From Macrostomum lignano (lineage: Eukaryota), in the NCBI GenBank assembly GCA_002269645.1, contig NIVC01000825.1, forward strand, positions 1-64,000: DNA of 64,000 bases. Direction: 5' to 3'. A model generated the notes under the pieces. That model was given only the letters and a program-made list of their open reading frames with translations. It was not told where the DNA came from and did no database searches. Of the stretch, positions 38,846-51,895 are shown in pieces (within the stretch, counting starts at the first letter, position 1; each line of letters starts with the position of its first letter). Made by a program: the position numbers and the translations under genes.

Positions 38846-39039
38846 GCTGCTGGACTTGGCCTAGCAACCAGCATTCGGTTTACAGAGAAACGATAGATTC
38901 TACATTAATTAGTATTTGCTGATAACAAAGATTATAATTCTGCTCCGGTATTCGAGAAATAACTTTTTTTCTTATTGGCTTCATCATAGCATGAGCATTG
39001 TAGACTGAAAACTTAATTTTTCAAGATAGAGTATAGAGA

Positions 39040-39420
<381 letters not shown>

Positions 39421-39619
39421 GGGCTCAATTTATTGTTAAAATGTTAAAAAATCAACGTTGAAGCCGGCCCCAGCCCGAGATTGTGTCAGTGAAGCCGAGA
39501 AGAACCAAATGCTTATTTGCATGGTTTATCGATTTGAAAAATCAATAATGAAGATCGAAGTGCAAAAGGAGCAGGAGACTCCAACTCAAACCATAAAATG
39601 TATCCTCGCCAGCCTCTGC

Positions 39620-40948
39620 CTACTCATCGTCTTCAGCGGCGAGTTCGGTGGCAGTCCTGCCCAGGGCGTCGGGCTCATGCAGGCTGTCGGGCCCGATCTC
39701 GCTGGCGATCCACGCCAGCAGCTCCTGCTTCTGGCTGTTCGCGGCGGCGTAGTGAGCCATCCGCAGGCCGTTGAGACCCTCGAGCTTGAAGGCGTCAGCG
39801 CCCAGCGAGTCCAAGATGAGACTCAGAGAGTCCACGCCCTGAACCTGAGCCGCCAGATGCAGCGCCATGCTGCCCTCGGAGTCCGTCAGCTTCAGGCAGT
39901 CGGGTCCGAGCTGACCGACAATCCACCTCAGTGCAGAGCTGCTGCTGGAGTTTAGAGCAGCGTAGTGCACGGCAGTCCGCTGCATCTCACCTGGCAGAGT
40001 AAGGCAGTCCCGTCCGAGTGAGCTCACCAGCAGCTGCATCGAATGCTCATCCTGGTGCAGAGCTGCCAGGTGAATTGGCATTCTGCCAAACGAATCCTTC
40101 ACCAGCAGACACTTGGGGTCCAGCTCCCTGGCGCACCAGGCCAGTGCGGATTTGCTGATGCAGTTTTCAGCTGCAAAGTTCACCGAAGTGCCTCCATTGT
40201 TACCTTCGATCAGGAACACCTGAGACCCGAGCTGCGCGTTAATGAACTGCATCGAGTCCTCGCCTTGCCTTAGCGCGGCCAGGTGAACGGGAGTGTTGCT
40301 CTCGGTATCTTTCTCCGTCAGGGAGCCTGGGCCGCACTCGCACACCAGCCACTTGAAGGCCGAGTTGCTGGCCACATTCAAGGCAGACATGTGAACGGCG
40401 GTGCGCTGCATCTCTCCTCGCTGAACGAAGCAGTCAGTTCCGAGCTGCTCTTTGATGAACCGCATCGACGCCTCATCCTGCTTCCAGGCTGCAAGGTGGA
40501 CCGGCGTGTTGCCATCAGAATCGAGCACGCTCAGGCAGTCTGGTCCGATCTGCTTAACCAGCCACATCAGGGCTGAGCTGCTGTGCTCATTCTGCGCCGC
40601 CATGTGCACAATGGTTCGGTTGAACTGCCCAGTCAGCTCGAAGCATTCCGGTCCCGCGCTGTTGCGGATGAACTCCATCGATTTTTCATCCTGGCGCAAA
40701 GCCGCAACATGCAGCGGCAAATCGCCACCATCATCCACTTCAGTTGTCAGGCAGGCGGCTCCCAGCTTGTCAACCAGCCGCTTGAGGCAGTCGAGTCCGT
40801 AGGGTTTGAACGCGACGTGATGAGTCACAGTTGCTTCGTAGCCGTTTGACGTCAACGTCAGGTTGACGTCCAGCTGGCCGCACTGTCTCAGTAGGCATTC
40901 GCGATCGTCAGCCTCCAGGGCAGCTCGCAGGTGGTCGGCAGTGGCCAT
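39620..40948 (-). CDS. Ankyrin-repeat protein, intronless, 442 aa
   Basis: Repeated GNTPVHLAA, GDLPLHVAA and RTAVHMAA ankyrin motifs occur in an alternating ~70-aa double unit. The ORF runs from ATG to stop with C/G-ending codon bias. Confidence 0.9.
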   Translation of the reverse strand: MATADHLRAALEADDRECLLRQCGQLDVNLTLTSNGYEATVTHHVAFKPYGLDCLKRLVDKLGAACLTTEVDDGGDLPLHVAALRQDEKSMEFIRNSAGPECFELTGQFNRTIVHMAAQNEHSSSALMWLVKQIGPDCLSVLDSDGNTPVHLAAWKQDEASMRFIKEQLGTDCFVQRGEMQRTAVHMSALNVASNSAFKWLVCECGPGSLTEKDTESNTPVHLAALRQGEDSMQFINAQLGSQVFLIEGNNGGTSVNFAAENCISKSALAWCARELDPKCLLVKDSFGRMPIHLAALHQDEHSMQLLVSSLGRDCLTLPGEMQRTAVHYAALNSSSSSALRWIVGQLGPDCLKLTDSEGSMALHLAAQVQGVDSLSLILDSLGADAFKLEGLNGLRMAHYAAANSQKQELLAWIASEIGPDSLHEPDALGRTATELAAEDDE

Positions 40949-41356
40949 GGCCTGGCACAGCCAAGTGCTACTCCCAGGACTACTAAATGAAGTATAGTGG
41001 ATTATTATTTCAGGGATGGCACTGTGTCTTGCCGCAGATCTCTATGGGCCGCAGCTTCAGTCAGTATATCTCGGTCGTGACATGCTATTTTTAGAACTGT
41101 GGGTTAAATACACTTTAACCTAGTAAAACACTGATTCGCTAGGAAAGGAAAAAAATTTTTTTCTTGACTCAGTGTCAGTATCTGGCCGTGACATGGATCT
41201 ATTTAGTCAACCCGAATCGTTGGACTGGTTGGACGAGTTATTCGAACCAGCAGTTGGAGCAACAACTGCGCGGCATATAAAGTATTTACTACTGAATCCT
41301 CCGCATCCTCAGCGCGATTCGTTAGGCTAGATGATGCAAGATGATCCCGGAAAGAA

Positions 41357-41569
41357 AAATGGGCCGTTAATGTGTTCAAAGACTGGCAAAATGCGCGCTA
41401 GAACGCAATTTTGCAAGCAGAAACCACCAAAGGACTTCTTGTCTCCAAACCGATCGAAGAATGGAGTCGAGGCAATTGGAACTATCTTCTGAGGCGATTC
41501 TTCTTCGAGGTGCGCAAACAGGATGACAGCATGTTTGCCGTGCTGCAGCACTATTTATGTCAAGTTTAG
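41357..41569 (+). mobile_element. Degenerate Crypton-like (DUF3504-associated) N-terminal fragment
   Basis: Reads KWAVNVFKDWQNAR*...NYLLRRFFFEVRKQDDS-MFAVLQHYL. This resembles the Crypton/ZMYM pattern WAxxxFxxW...LxxFxxEVRKxDGxxY...LQxYL, with a premature stop and an internal deletion. Confidence 0.65.
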
Positions 41570-42621
41570 TCTAAAAAAGGACTTCTCCTTCTGGAAAGTT
41601 TTTTTTGCCATGTTTAACTACTTGTTTCCTCGTTTTTGCACTTGTTGCACTTTCGCGTTCATTTTGTTTCTATAGACGCTTTTTCTAGTCCTCAAATCAT
41701 TTCTCAGTCCTCGTTTTAATGGCTCGAAAAGAAAAATAATAAAATATACAATTGAGGATTCAACAGAAAAGAAATTCATAGTTAAATGATACATTAAATA
41801 GTTTTAGTAGGTTAACTAGCGCACTAAGCCCCCCATGGGGGCATTCAAAATTCTCTATGCATTAAGAAATACCGTTTTATTCGAATTTTGACCCACTTCC
41901 CATTCGAGTTTTTCATCGAAAAGATTTGTGTATGAGAAAATTACAAATGCTTTTAAAGCTATTTAAAAGGAAAATCGACAAGACGGTTCTAGGAAAAATC
42001 AATTTCAGACAAACATCAAAACAGAGCAAAATTAGTATATGGATTCCTATAACCGATTTGCCGAGCAGGATCGAATGTGCAAGATTTATGGCATTGGTAT
42101 CTTCCTCTGAAGACCAGTTTTCGCTGCTAAAGAGGCAAAGTTAGCTACCTGTTTTTTTCTGGAAGAAAAAGCATAATTATCTTACGTACCACTCTCTGTG
42201 TGTCTTGGGCTTTGGCCCAAATGTGCCACGCACATCCGTTAAGTAAGTCAAACATTTTAAAGCCACTGAAATACACTGTATGCTCATCGAAAAATAATGG
42301 CAAGATTTTTATTTTAGCAATAAAAATTAAATAGCAGATAATTAACGAAACAGACTGTTGCCACCGGTTTGAGAGGCTTAGAAAATCAGAAAATAAATTT
42401 TCTTTTTTAAAAGTCGACAAAAAAAACTTTTCTTGCAGTTTGATGGAAACTTTTTACACTTTTAATAAAACATTATTGTTTGGTGAAAAAATTTCCACAA
42501 AAAAAGTTTTCACTTTCAAACCAGTTCCCTAGCAACCACTGTCATCGAAGACCCAGATCCAAATCGAAAGAAAAAAATGCGACTCAAAAAGCACAGAGCT
42601 CAGAATTTCTTGAGCACATCA

Positions 42622-45600
42622 TCAGGAGCTGCGCCGCTGTCCAACTTTGGTGACGGGCAAGGACACGAGACTCTCAAGCGATGCTCGCCCTGTCACGTCA
42701 AGTATTTTTCCCTCATTGAGCAGCTCCAACACCTCGGTATCGGAAAGCTTTGGCGCCGGTTTGAACATCTGCCTGGACACGTCCGGCGATTCAAGCAGCT
42801 GAGTCGAACGGGACTGCGGCATCTCCACGGCCTGTGAGTCGAAGGTGATGTCGCCAACGCTCAGGCCGGGCGAGCTGCCGACGCTGTCCCCGATGCTCTT
42901 CGACTCCTCGGCGGTGATCTCGATACCCATCAGGTTGACGGCCAAAGCGTCGTTGTTGAGGGAAAACTGCACCTTCTTTGACAGCACGGTGCGAACAACA
43001 CGCTCACGAATCAGCTTCAGGTACCTTGCGGGTGTGGAGTGCCGGTTAAGCTGCATTTTACTAGGATCTGCTAGTGACCTGTGGCGCTCCTTTGATGCAC
43101 CGGCATAGCCCCAATTCGAGAACTCTCGGATCCGTTGATGCACTGACACAACCCCAGTTAACACTCTCGGATCCGTTGATGCACTGACACAACCTCAGTT
43201 AACACTCTCGGATCCGTTGATGCACTGACACAACCTCAGTTAACACTCTCGGATCCGTTGATGCACTGACACAACCTCAGTTAACACTCTCGGATCCGTT
43301 GATGCACTGACACAACCTCAGTTAACACTCTCGGATCCGTTGATGCATTGACACAACCCCAGTTAACACTCGGATCCGTTGATGCACTGACACAACCCCA
43401 GTTAACACTCGGATCCGTTGATGCACCGACACAACCTCAGTTAACACTCTCGGATCCGTTGATGCACTGACACAACCTCAGTTAACACTCTCGGATCCGT
43501 TGATGCACTGACACAACCCCAGTTAACACTCGGATCCGTTGATGCACTGACACAACCCCAGTTAACACTCGGATCCGTTGATGCACCGACACAACCTCAG
43601 TTAACACTCTCGGATCCGTTGATGCACTGACACAACCTCAGTTAACACTCTCGGATCCGTTGATGCACTGACACAACCCCAGTTAGCACTCTCGGATCCG
43701 TTGATGCACTGACACAACCTCAGTTAACACTCTCGGATCCATTGATGCACTGACACAACCTCAGTTAACACTCTCGGATCCGTTGATGCACTGACACAAC
43801 CCCAGTTAACACTCGGATCCGTTGATGCACCGACACAACCTCAGTTAACACTCTCGGATCCGTTGATGCACTGACACAACCTCAGTTAACACTCGGATCC
43901 GTTGATGCACCGACAAAACCCCAGTTAACACTCTCGGATCCGTTGATGCACTGACACAACCCCAGTTAGCACTCTCGGATCCGTTGATGCACCGACACAA
44001 CCTCAGTTAACACTCGGATCCGTTGATGCACTGACACAACCTCAGTTAACACTCTCGGATCCATTGATGCACTGACACAACCTCAGTTAACACTCTCGGA
44101 TCCATTGATGCACTGACACAACCTCAGTTAACACTCTCGGATCCATTGATGCACTGACACAACCTCAGTTAACACTCTCGGATCCATTGATGCACTGACA
44201 CAACCTCAGTTAACACTCTCGGATCCATTGATGCACTGACACAACCCCAGTTAGCACTCTCGGATCTGTTGATGCACTGACACAACCCCAGTTAACTCTC
44301 GGACCCGTTGATGCACTGACAGTGACAAATCGCCAAGTACATCAGTCAGTATCTAAATCTAAATTATACCATAAAAACAGTCTGACTCACCTGGACATTG
44401 ACAGCCTCATCAACATCTGCTTGTAGAGATCGTTCGCGTGCAGAGCGATGGCCCGTTTCAACAACTCGGCCTCGTCCATCCCCACCGATTGGTACAGAAC
44501 TTTGTGCCGCTCGCTTTCAAACAGCACGTAGGGCATCAGAGTGATGGTCGGATCCATGTCCTTGACGTCGGCTAAATCTGCATCCTCATCGAGCAGCTGG
44601 CTGAGTGGTGGATTTCCGGAGGTGCACTAATTACAATGCAGAGAACGGATGAGGGTTCCGCTGATTAATTACAGCACAATCGTGGCTACCATAATACTCG
44701 AGTCCAATACAAGCTGTAGCAATCAAGTATTCCAGCAGCCACCAACGCGGAACCACCTACCGAAGTTCCTTCGTGCTCCACCAGTCGCCGCTTCCGTCGG
44801 CTAGTCGGATCGGCGTTTTTTCGCTTGGCCCTTGAGCAGCAGCCGCAGCAGCCCTTCTGGCCCTGTGTCGCCGTGTCACCGGAGGTGGCGTCTTCATCGT
44901 TCCGATCAGCGTTCTCGTCGGCAGCGGTGGATCTGGCAACAGCGGCGGCCACGGCCGCACCGTCTGCGGTCTCCAGGCCGACGGGATCGGCTGGCTCAGG
45001 CAGATCAAGCACGCTGGAATCCGAGTTCGCCAAAGATTGTCGATCGTTCTGACGGCGCGCTGGCGGTTTAGGTGTAACTTGGTTGAAATGGGCTCTTGCT
45101 AGGGAGAGTGTGGGATGTAAGATGAAGACCGTAGCTCAGAAGGGTGCCCAATGAAAGTGGCTCAGTGAGGACTGTAGCTCGGAAGGGTGTTCAATGAAAG
45201 TGGCTCAGTGAGGACTGTAGCTAGGAATGGTGTTTAATGAGAGTGGCTCAGTGAGGACTGTAGCTCGGAAGGGTGTTCAATGAGAGTGGCTCAGTGAGGA
45301 CTGTAGCTCGGAAGGGTGTTCAGTGAGAGTGGCTCAGTGAGGACTGTAGCTCAGAAGGGTGTTCAATGAGAGTGGCTCAGTGAGGACTGTAGCTCGGAAG
45401 GGTGTTCAATGAGAGTGGCTCAGTGAGGACTGTAGCTCAGAAGGGTGTTCAATGAGAGTGGCTCAGTGAGGACTGTAGCTCGGAAGGGTGTTCAATGAGA
45501 GTGGCTCAGTGACGACTGTAGCTCGGAAGGGTGTTCAGTGAGAGTGGCTCAGTGAGGACTGTAGCTCGGAAGGGTGTTCAATGAGAGTGGCTCAGTGAGG

Positions 45601-47336
45601 ACTGTAGCTCGGAAGGGTGTTCAATGAGAGTGGCTCAGTGAGGACTGTAGCTCGGAAGGGTGTTCAATGAGAGTGGCTCAGTGAGGACTGTAGCTCGAAA
45701 GGGTGTTCAATGAGAGTGGCTCAGTGAGGACTGTAGCTCGGAAGGGTGTTCAATGAGAGTGGCTCAGTGACGACTGTAGCTCGGAAGGGTGTTCAGTGAG
45801 AGTGGCTCAGTGAGGACTGTAGCTCAGAAGGGTGTTCAATGAGAGTGGCTCAGTGAGGACTGTAGCTCGGAAGGGTGTTCAATGAGAGTGGCTCAGTGAG
45901 GACTGTAGCTCAGAAGGGTGTTCAATGAGAGTGGCTCAGTGAGGACTGTAGCTCGGAAGGGTGTTCAATGAGAGTGGCTCAGTGACGACTGTAGCTCGGA
46001 AGGGTGTTCAGTGAGAGTGGCTCAGTGAGGACTGTAGCTCGGAAGGGTGTTCAATGAGAGTGGCTCAGTGAGGACTGTAGCTCGGAAGGGTGTTCAATGA
46101 GAGTGGCTCAGTGAGGACTGTAGCTCGGAAGGGTGTTCAATGAGAGTGGCTCAGTGAGGACTGTAGCTCGAAAGGGTGTTCAATGAGAGTGGCTCAGTGA
46201 GGACTGTAGCTCGGAAGGGTGTTCAATGAGAGTGGCTCAGTGAGGACTGTAGCTCGGAAGGGTGTTCAATGAGAGTGGCTCAGTGAGGACTGTAGCTCGG
46301 AAGGGTGTTCAATGAGAGTGGCTCAGTGAGGACTGTAGCTCGGAAGGGTGTTCAATGAGAGTGGCTCAGTGAGGACTGTAGCTCGGAAGGGTGTTCAATG
46401 AGAGTGGCTCAGTGAGGACTGTAGCTCAGAAGGGTGTTCAATGAGAGTGGCTCAGTGAGGACTGTAGCTCGGAAGGGTGTTCAATGAGAGTGGCTCAGTG
46501 AGGACTGTAGCTCAGAAGGGTGTTCAATGAGAGTGGCTCAGTGAGGACTGTAGCTCAGAAGGGTGTTCAATGAGAGTGGCTCAGTGAGGACTGTAGCTCG
46601 GAAGGGTGTTCAATGAGAGTGGCTCAGTGAGGACTGTAGCTCGGAAGGGTGTTCAATGAGAGTGGCTCAGTGAGGACTGTAGCTCAGAAGGGTGTTCAAT
46701 GAGAGTGGCTCAGTGAGGACTGTAGCTCGGAAGGGTGTTCAATGAGAGTGGCTCGGTTACAACTGTGTCTGAGCCAAGCGTGTCAAAAAGTATGTTTTAT
46801 ATGAAGAAGGGCTGAGGTCTGATACGCAACAAAGAGTTCCGTCATCACAGACCGGCAGCCCCCAGGCCTCGCTTCTGGTACTCAGCAAACGTGGTTAACT
46901 GCTGCCTTTGAAAGACGGACGCGGGGTCCTTTGCATCGATCAAAGAGTCCGCAGCGTTCCGGCTTGCCATTGAGGTTGACCTGCCCGCGGCTCCCTTGGC
47001 CTCTTTGCGCAGCTTGACGTACTCGGCAAATGTGGCTCGATTTGACCGCCTGCTGCTCGCGACAATGGACGAGCGTCGCAGATGATGGTTGTTTGCGGTG
47101 ATCGCGTGCCTAAGAGAGGGCTGGGTGAGGGGCGAAAGGGGCGTCTGACTCTCGCCCAACGGACCTCTGGTTCGATTCCCTGCGCGAACCTATTGGCCAC
47201 AGATACTATTTAACTATGTAACTATGGTTACATAGTATCTGTGGTCTCAACTTACCTCAACCGTCGCCTGACTCTGGTCGCCGCTGTTGTTCCTCGGCGG
47301 ACAGCGCGCTAGAGGCGCGTCTCCGCTTGCCTGCAT
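42622..47336 (-). CDS. Uncharacterised protein; exons 47336-47256, 47189-46853, 45059-44761, 44596-44391, 43024-42622
   Basis: ATG at 47336. Four GT-AG introns are phase-consistent (0,1,0,2) and give one continuous frame: MQASGDAP...RATFAEYVK...QKGCCGCCSR...EGTSLLDEDAD...SMSRYLKLIRERVV...QRRSS*. One donor (GTCTGT at 46852) is weak. No family recognised. Confidence 0.7.
43125..44320. repeat. 41-bp (39-bp variant) minisatellite (ctcggatccgttgatgcactgacacaacctcagttaacact)n, intronic
   Basis: Direct units. Confidence 0.95.
45145..46752. repeat. 43-bp minisatellite (gagagtggctcagtgaggactgtagctcggaagggtgttcaat)n, intronic
   Basis: Highly homogeneous direct units. Confidence 0.95.
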
Positions 47337-47964
47337 AGCTCGAGAGTTTTGACGCACCCGGACCAGCATCACTGCGTCTGCGATGAAGAGTTTACTGCGG
47401 TTGGCTTGAATTGTCAACAATTATTTTCTTTTATCCACGGCACAGCAACAAATTCAGCATAGTCTATGGCCATAGCAGCCCCGCGAGAGAGAAAATTCAT
47501 GTCATGGACTTCTAAAACTAGCATTTCAGAGCTCCTTGGAGTATAAGAGTTCCCACAGACTATCAAAAGCGTTACTTTGAAAGTAGAAAGCATCTTTTTA
47601 TAGATTTCAATTTAACAGTCTTGATTGACGGAAATGATATTGCTATAATTAGATGGTCGTTTAACGGAGGAGATTTTAATGAAAATCAGTTTCATTAAGA
47701 GAATCTGATGGAGTTAGTTTTCACGGAGAGGATCTCGATGATTTTTATGGTTTCACTGAGAGGATTTTTGATGGATTTTAGTTTCATAAAGAAAATTTGA
47801 TGTCTGCAAAGATTTTAGTCATTTTTGTGATAGGTCAGAGATAAAGTTGGGGGGAGGGGGTTGCGTACGCACATTCAAGCTATCATTTCAGTATTTTCAG
47901 TATTGGAGGAGGCGGGTGACAAATTTAAATTGGTTTTATTATCGGGCACCTTCAGTCAGTCAGA

Positions 47965-48470
47965 TAAGAGAGTAGAGAGAAGAGTAAAAAGAGAAGAGAG
48001 AAGATATGATAGAAAAAAGAGTAGATATGAGAGAGGACAGATTAGAGATGACAGATGGGAGAGAAGAGAAGAGGGGAGTGAGGCGGGAATAAAGAGGGAG
48101 AGAAGAGAAGAGGAGAGAGAATAGAGAGTAGAGGGAAGAAACGAGAGAGCAGGAGAAAGGAGAGGGGAGATATGAGATAGCAGAGATGAGAGGAAAGAGA
48201 AGAGAGGAAAAGAGTACAGAGGAAACAGAAGAGAGAGAGGAGAGAGTAGAGACGATAGAGGAGGGAGAAGAAATAAATAAGAGAGTAGAGATGAGACGAG
48301 AGAGAGAGAGAGAGAGAGAGAAGCGAGAGGAGAGAGGGGAGAGGGGAGAGAGACGAGAGATGAAAGATGAGAGAGATAAGAGAGTAGAGAGGAGAAAGTA
48401 GTGAGGAGAAAGAATAGGATAAAGATGAGAGCGCAGAGATGAGAGAGCAAAGAGGAGAGAGCAGACAGGA
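47965..48470. repeat. Degenerate GA-rich low-complexity tract
   Basis: Purine-only bias on the + strand. Confidence 0.85.
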
Positions 48471-49539
48471 GAGGCTGGGTCTGGAGTCTGGACAATGGCA
48501 ATCACTTTGCAAACAGGGAAAACAAGATATGGTACGAGCGTATTTGAAAGGTTTTGTAAAGGATTTTTAGACGATTTGGAAGATGAGATTCAAGGCATGG
48601 GATTTCAGCTGATAGATTACAGGGAATGGAATTTTGGCGATAGGAGTTCTTCCCCTTTCTCCTCCGAAGGAGGAGTTCCACTCGCAAGTTAGAAATTTCA
48701 CCACAAAGACACAGATAGATACGTAGCGTCTTCAGCTTACGCAATTGCTGTCCAAAAATATGCATATACCGTTACATTGCGTCACAATACGGACTATTAC
48801 TATTATTATTGCTGCTGTTGCTAATGACGCTAGCCAGTCATTCGACTGGAACATCGCCCCACAACCATGCAGCGCTGTCGGCAATTCTGCCCATTTCGCT
48901 GACTCCTGAGCAGATGCAAGCGCACCAATACGGTACGCAGACAATAACCAATTCGAGTTAAAAATAGCCGTGAAAAATTAACTTGAACTCCAAAAAAAGA
49001 GAGGCTCGGAGAGGCTAAAAAGAAGCATTTATTTCCATGCGATTCAGTCGAATTTCCAAACTGAATTGCAGCACGCTTGTAAACTGCTGTTAAACCTATT
49101 ATTGCACAGATGAAGCCAAACAACACATGAAAGAAAACAGAAAAAGCACAGCAAAAACTCCATTGGTACATTGACGCAGGCGCACAACAAAAACATTAAT
49201 TCGAACGGTAACAAATTTTTAAGGCGACTTTGCGTTGCGTTGCAGAAGTGAGCAAAGTAGATCCAGCATGGCTTTGAGTCGTTATTGCTGCGTTCCGATT
49301 AAGCACAGATGATGAGCATAGTTTGCAAATGACTAGATGGTGTCGAATAATTACCGAATCAAAGATAAGCAAATAGCTGTTAATGAGTGTCAAAATTATT
49401 CAGCTGAGAGTTCAAAGAAAGCTTTCTTTTAAAATCAATGGTCGCAAAAAATGCCGTGTTGATATCGGATATTTCTTTTAGGAGAGGCGAATTATTTAGA
49501 AGCAAATCTGCACAAGTTGTTTCTTTTTTAGTTCTTTCA

Positions 49540-50840
49540 TCCAGGCACCACCCATCCCGAGGCTCTATTATCTAATCTAGGCACCACATGCAGCCAGAGA
49601 CACTATTATCTCATCCAGGCACTACACGCAGCTCTAGGCCCTATTATCTCACCCAGGCACCACACGCAGCTCTAGGCCCTATTATCTCATCCAGGCGCCA
49701 CATGCAGCCAGAGACACTATTATCTCATCCAGGCACTACACGCAGCTCTAGGCCCTATTATCTCACCCAGGCACTACACGCAGCTCTAGGCCCTATTATC
49801 TCATCCAGGCACCACACGCAGCTCTAGGCCCTATTATCTCATCCAGGCACCACACGCAGCTCTAGGCCCTATTATCTCATCCAGGCGCCACATGCAGCCA
49901 GAGACACTATTATCTCATCCAGGCACCACATGCAGCCAGAGACACTATTATCTCATCCAGGCACTACACGCAGCTCTAGGCCCTATTATCTCATCCAGGC
50001 GCCACATGCAGCCAGAGACACTATTATCTCATCCAGGCACTACACGCAGCTCTAGGCCCTATTATCTCACCCAGGCACTACACGCAGCTCTAGGCCCTAT
50101 TATCTCATCCAGGCACCACACGCAGCTCTAGGCACTATTATCTCATCCAGGCACCACACGCAGCTCTAGGCACTATTATCTCATCCAGGCATCCCACGCA
50201 GCTCTAGGCCCTATTATCTCATCCAGGCATCCCACGCAGTTCTAGGCCATATTATCTCATCCAGGCATCCCACGCAGCTTTAGGCCCTATTATCTCATCC
50301 AGGCACCCCACGCTGTCCGTGGCACTATTATCTCATCCAGGCACCCCACGCTGTCCGGGGCACTATTATCTCATCCAGGCACCCCACGCTGTCCGGGGCA
50401 CTATTATCTCATCCAGGCACCACACGCAGCCCGAGGCACTATTATCTCATCCAGGCACCACACGCAGCTCTAGGCCCTATTATCTCATCCAGGCACCACA
50501 CGCAGCTCTAGGCCCTATTATCTCATCCAGGCACTACACGCAGCTCTAGGCCCTATTATCTCATCCAGGCATCCCACGCAGTTCTAGGCCATATTATCTC
50601 ATCCAGGCATCCCACGCAGCTCTAGGCCATATTATCTCATCCAGGCATCCCACGCAGCTTTAGGCCCTATTATCTCATCCAGGCACCCCACGCTGTCCGG
50701 GGCACTATTATCTCATCCAGGCACCACACGCAGCCCGAGGCACTATTATCTCATCCAGGCACCACACGCAGCCCGAGGCACTATTATCTCATCCAGGCAC
50801 CACACGCAGCCCGAGGCACTCTTATCTCATTAAGGCACCA
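49540..50840. repeat. 38-bp minisatellite (ctattatctcatccaggcaccacacgcagctctaggcc)n
   Basis: Direct units with several variant blocks. Confidence 0.95.
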
Positions 50841-51284
50841 CGAGGCCCCGTTCTTTAATTTGGGTAATCAAATAATAAAATAGGCATAATTGCAATTGTT
50901 TTTAATAACCAAAAACAGTAAACTTCACACAAAGTTGCAGATTCAGAGTCAGTAGAAACTAAAATTGAAAACACAAAAAGCTTATCTCTTGATAAAAAAC
51001 GAAAACACTAAGTCAAGACTAGCAGCGAAAGATGAAAATTTGCGTCTATACAATGTGCGACAGCGTTGCGATGGTACAAATTTAACACCAAGCGTTTTCT
51101 GAAAACGGTCGAAAAATAAAAATTACGTAACCAAAAAACTGATAATAATTGGATAGAGAAGGAAAAAGACCCGATTGAAACCTTTTTCGGATGCGACGAA
51201 ATTGCCCGATAGATAAGCGAAACAACACGAAAATGACGTGATTTTGACGAAACTAAAGAATTATCTGCTGACAATAAACTGCCC

Positions 51285-51860
51285 TAACTGGCACAGGATC
51301 ATGTCTTAACCTACACAGAGTCATGTACTAACCTGCAGAGGATTATGTCCTAACTGGCACAGGATCATGTCTTAACCTACACAGAATCATGTACTAACCT
51401 GCAGAGGATTATGTCCTAACTGGCACAGGATCATGTCTTAACTGGCACAGGATCATGTCTTAACCTACACAGAATCATGTACTAACCTGCAGAGGATTAT
51501 GTCCTAACTGGCACAGGATCATGTCTTAACTGGCACAGGATCAGATCATGTCATACCCTACACAGGATCATGTCATACCCTACACAGGATCATGTCTTAA
51601 CCCTACACAGGATCATGTCATACCCTAAGCAGGATCATGTCCTAACCCTACACAGGATCATGTCTTAACCATACACAGGATCATGTCTTGACCATACACA
51701 GGATCATGTCATACGCTACACAGGATCATGTCATACCCTACACAGGATCATGTCTTAACCATACACAGGAATACAGAATCATGTCATACCCTACAAAGGA
51801 TCATGTCTTAACCATACACAGGAATACAGAATCATGTCATACCCTACACAGGCTCATGTT
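51285..51860. repeat. ~20-bp minisatellite (cacaggatcatgtcttaacc-like) with higher-order units
   Basis: Recurrent caggatcatgtc units. Confidence 0.9.
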
Positions 51861-51895
51861 TAAACAGACCCCAAATCCCGGACTCAAGCCATGAG

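Noticed and set aside
44805-44830. Apparent frameshift in the A6 run of the unknown gene
   Set aside because: Using the second acceptor AG (44598-44597) gives a phase-0 junction, EGTS|LLDED, with no indel needed.
43125-46752. Regular 41/43-bp arrays resembling CRISPR
   Set aside because: Units are contiguous with no unique spacers, there are no cas genes, and they lie inside eukaryotic introns.
47165-47182. B-box-like GGTTCGATTCCC
   Set aside because: It lies within a coding exon on the opposite strand and has no A box, so it is probably chance.
48470-48560. WSLDNGNHF resembling an integrase/transposase D-N-G-x-x-F motif
   Set aside because: It is followed by a stop within about 15 codons and there is no other supporting motif.
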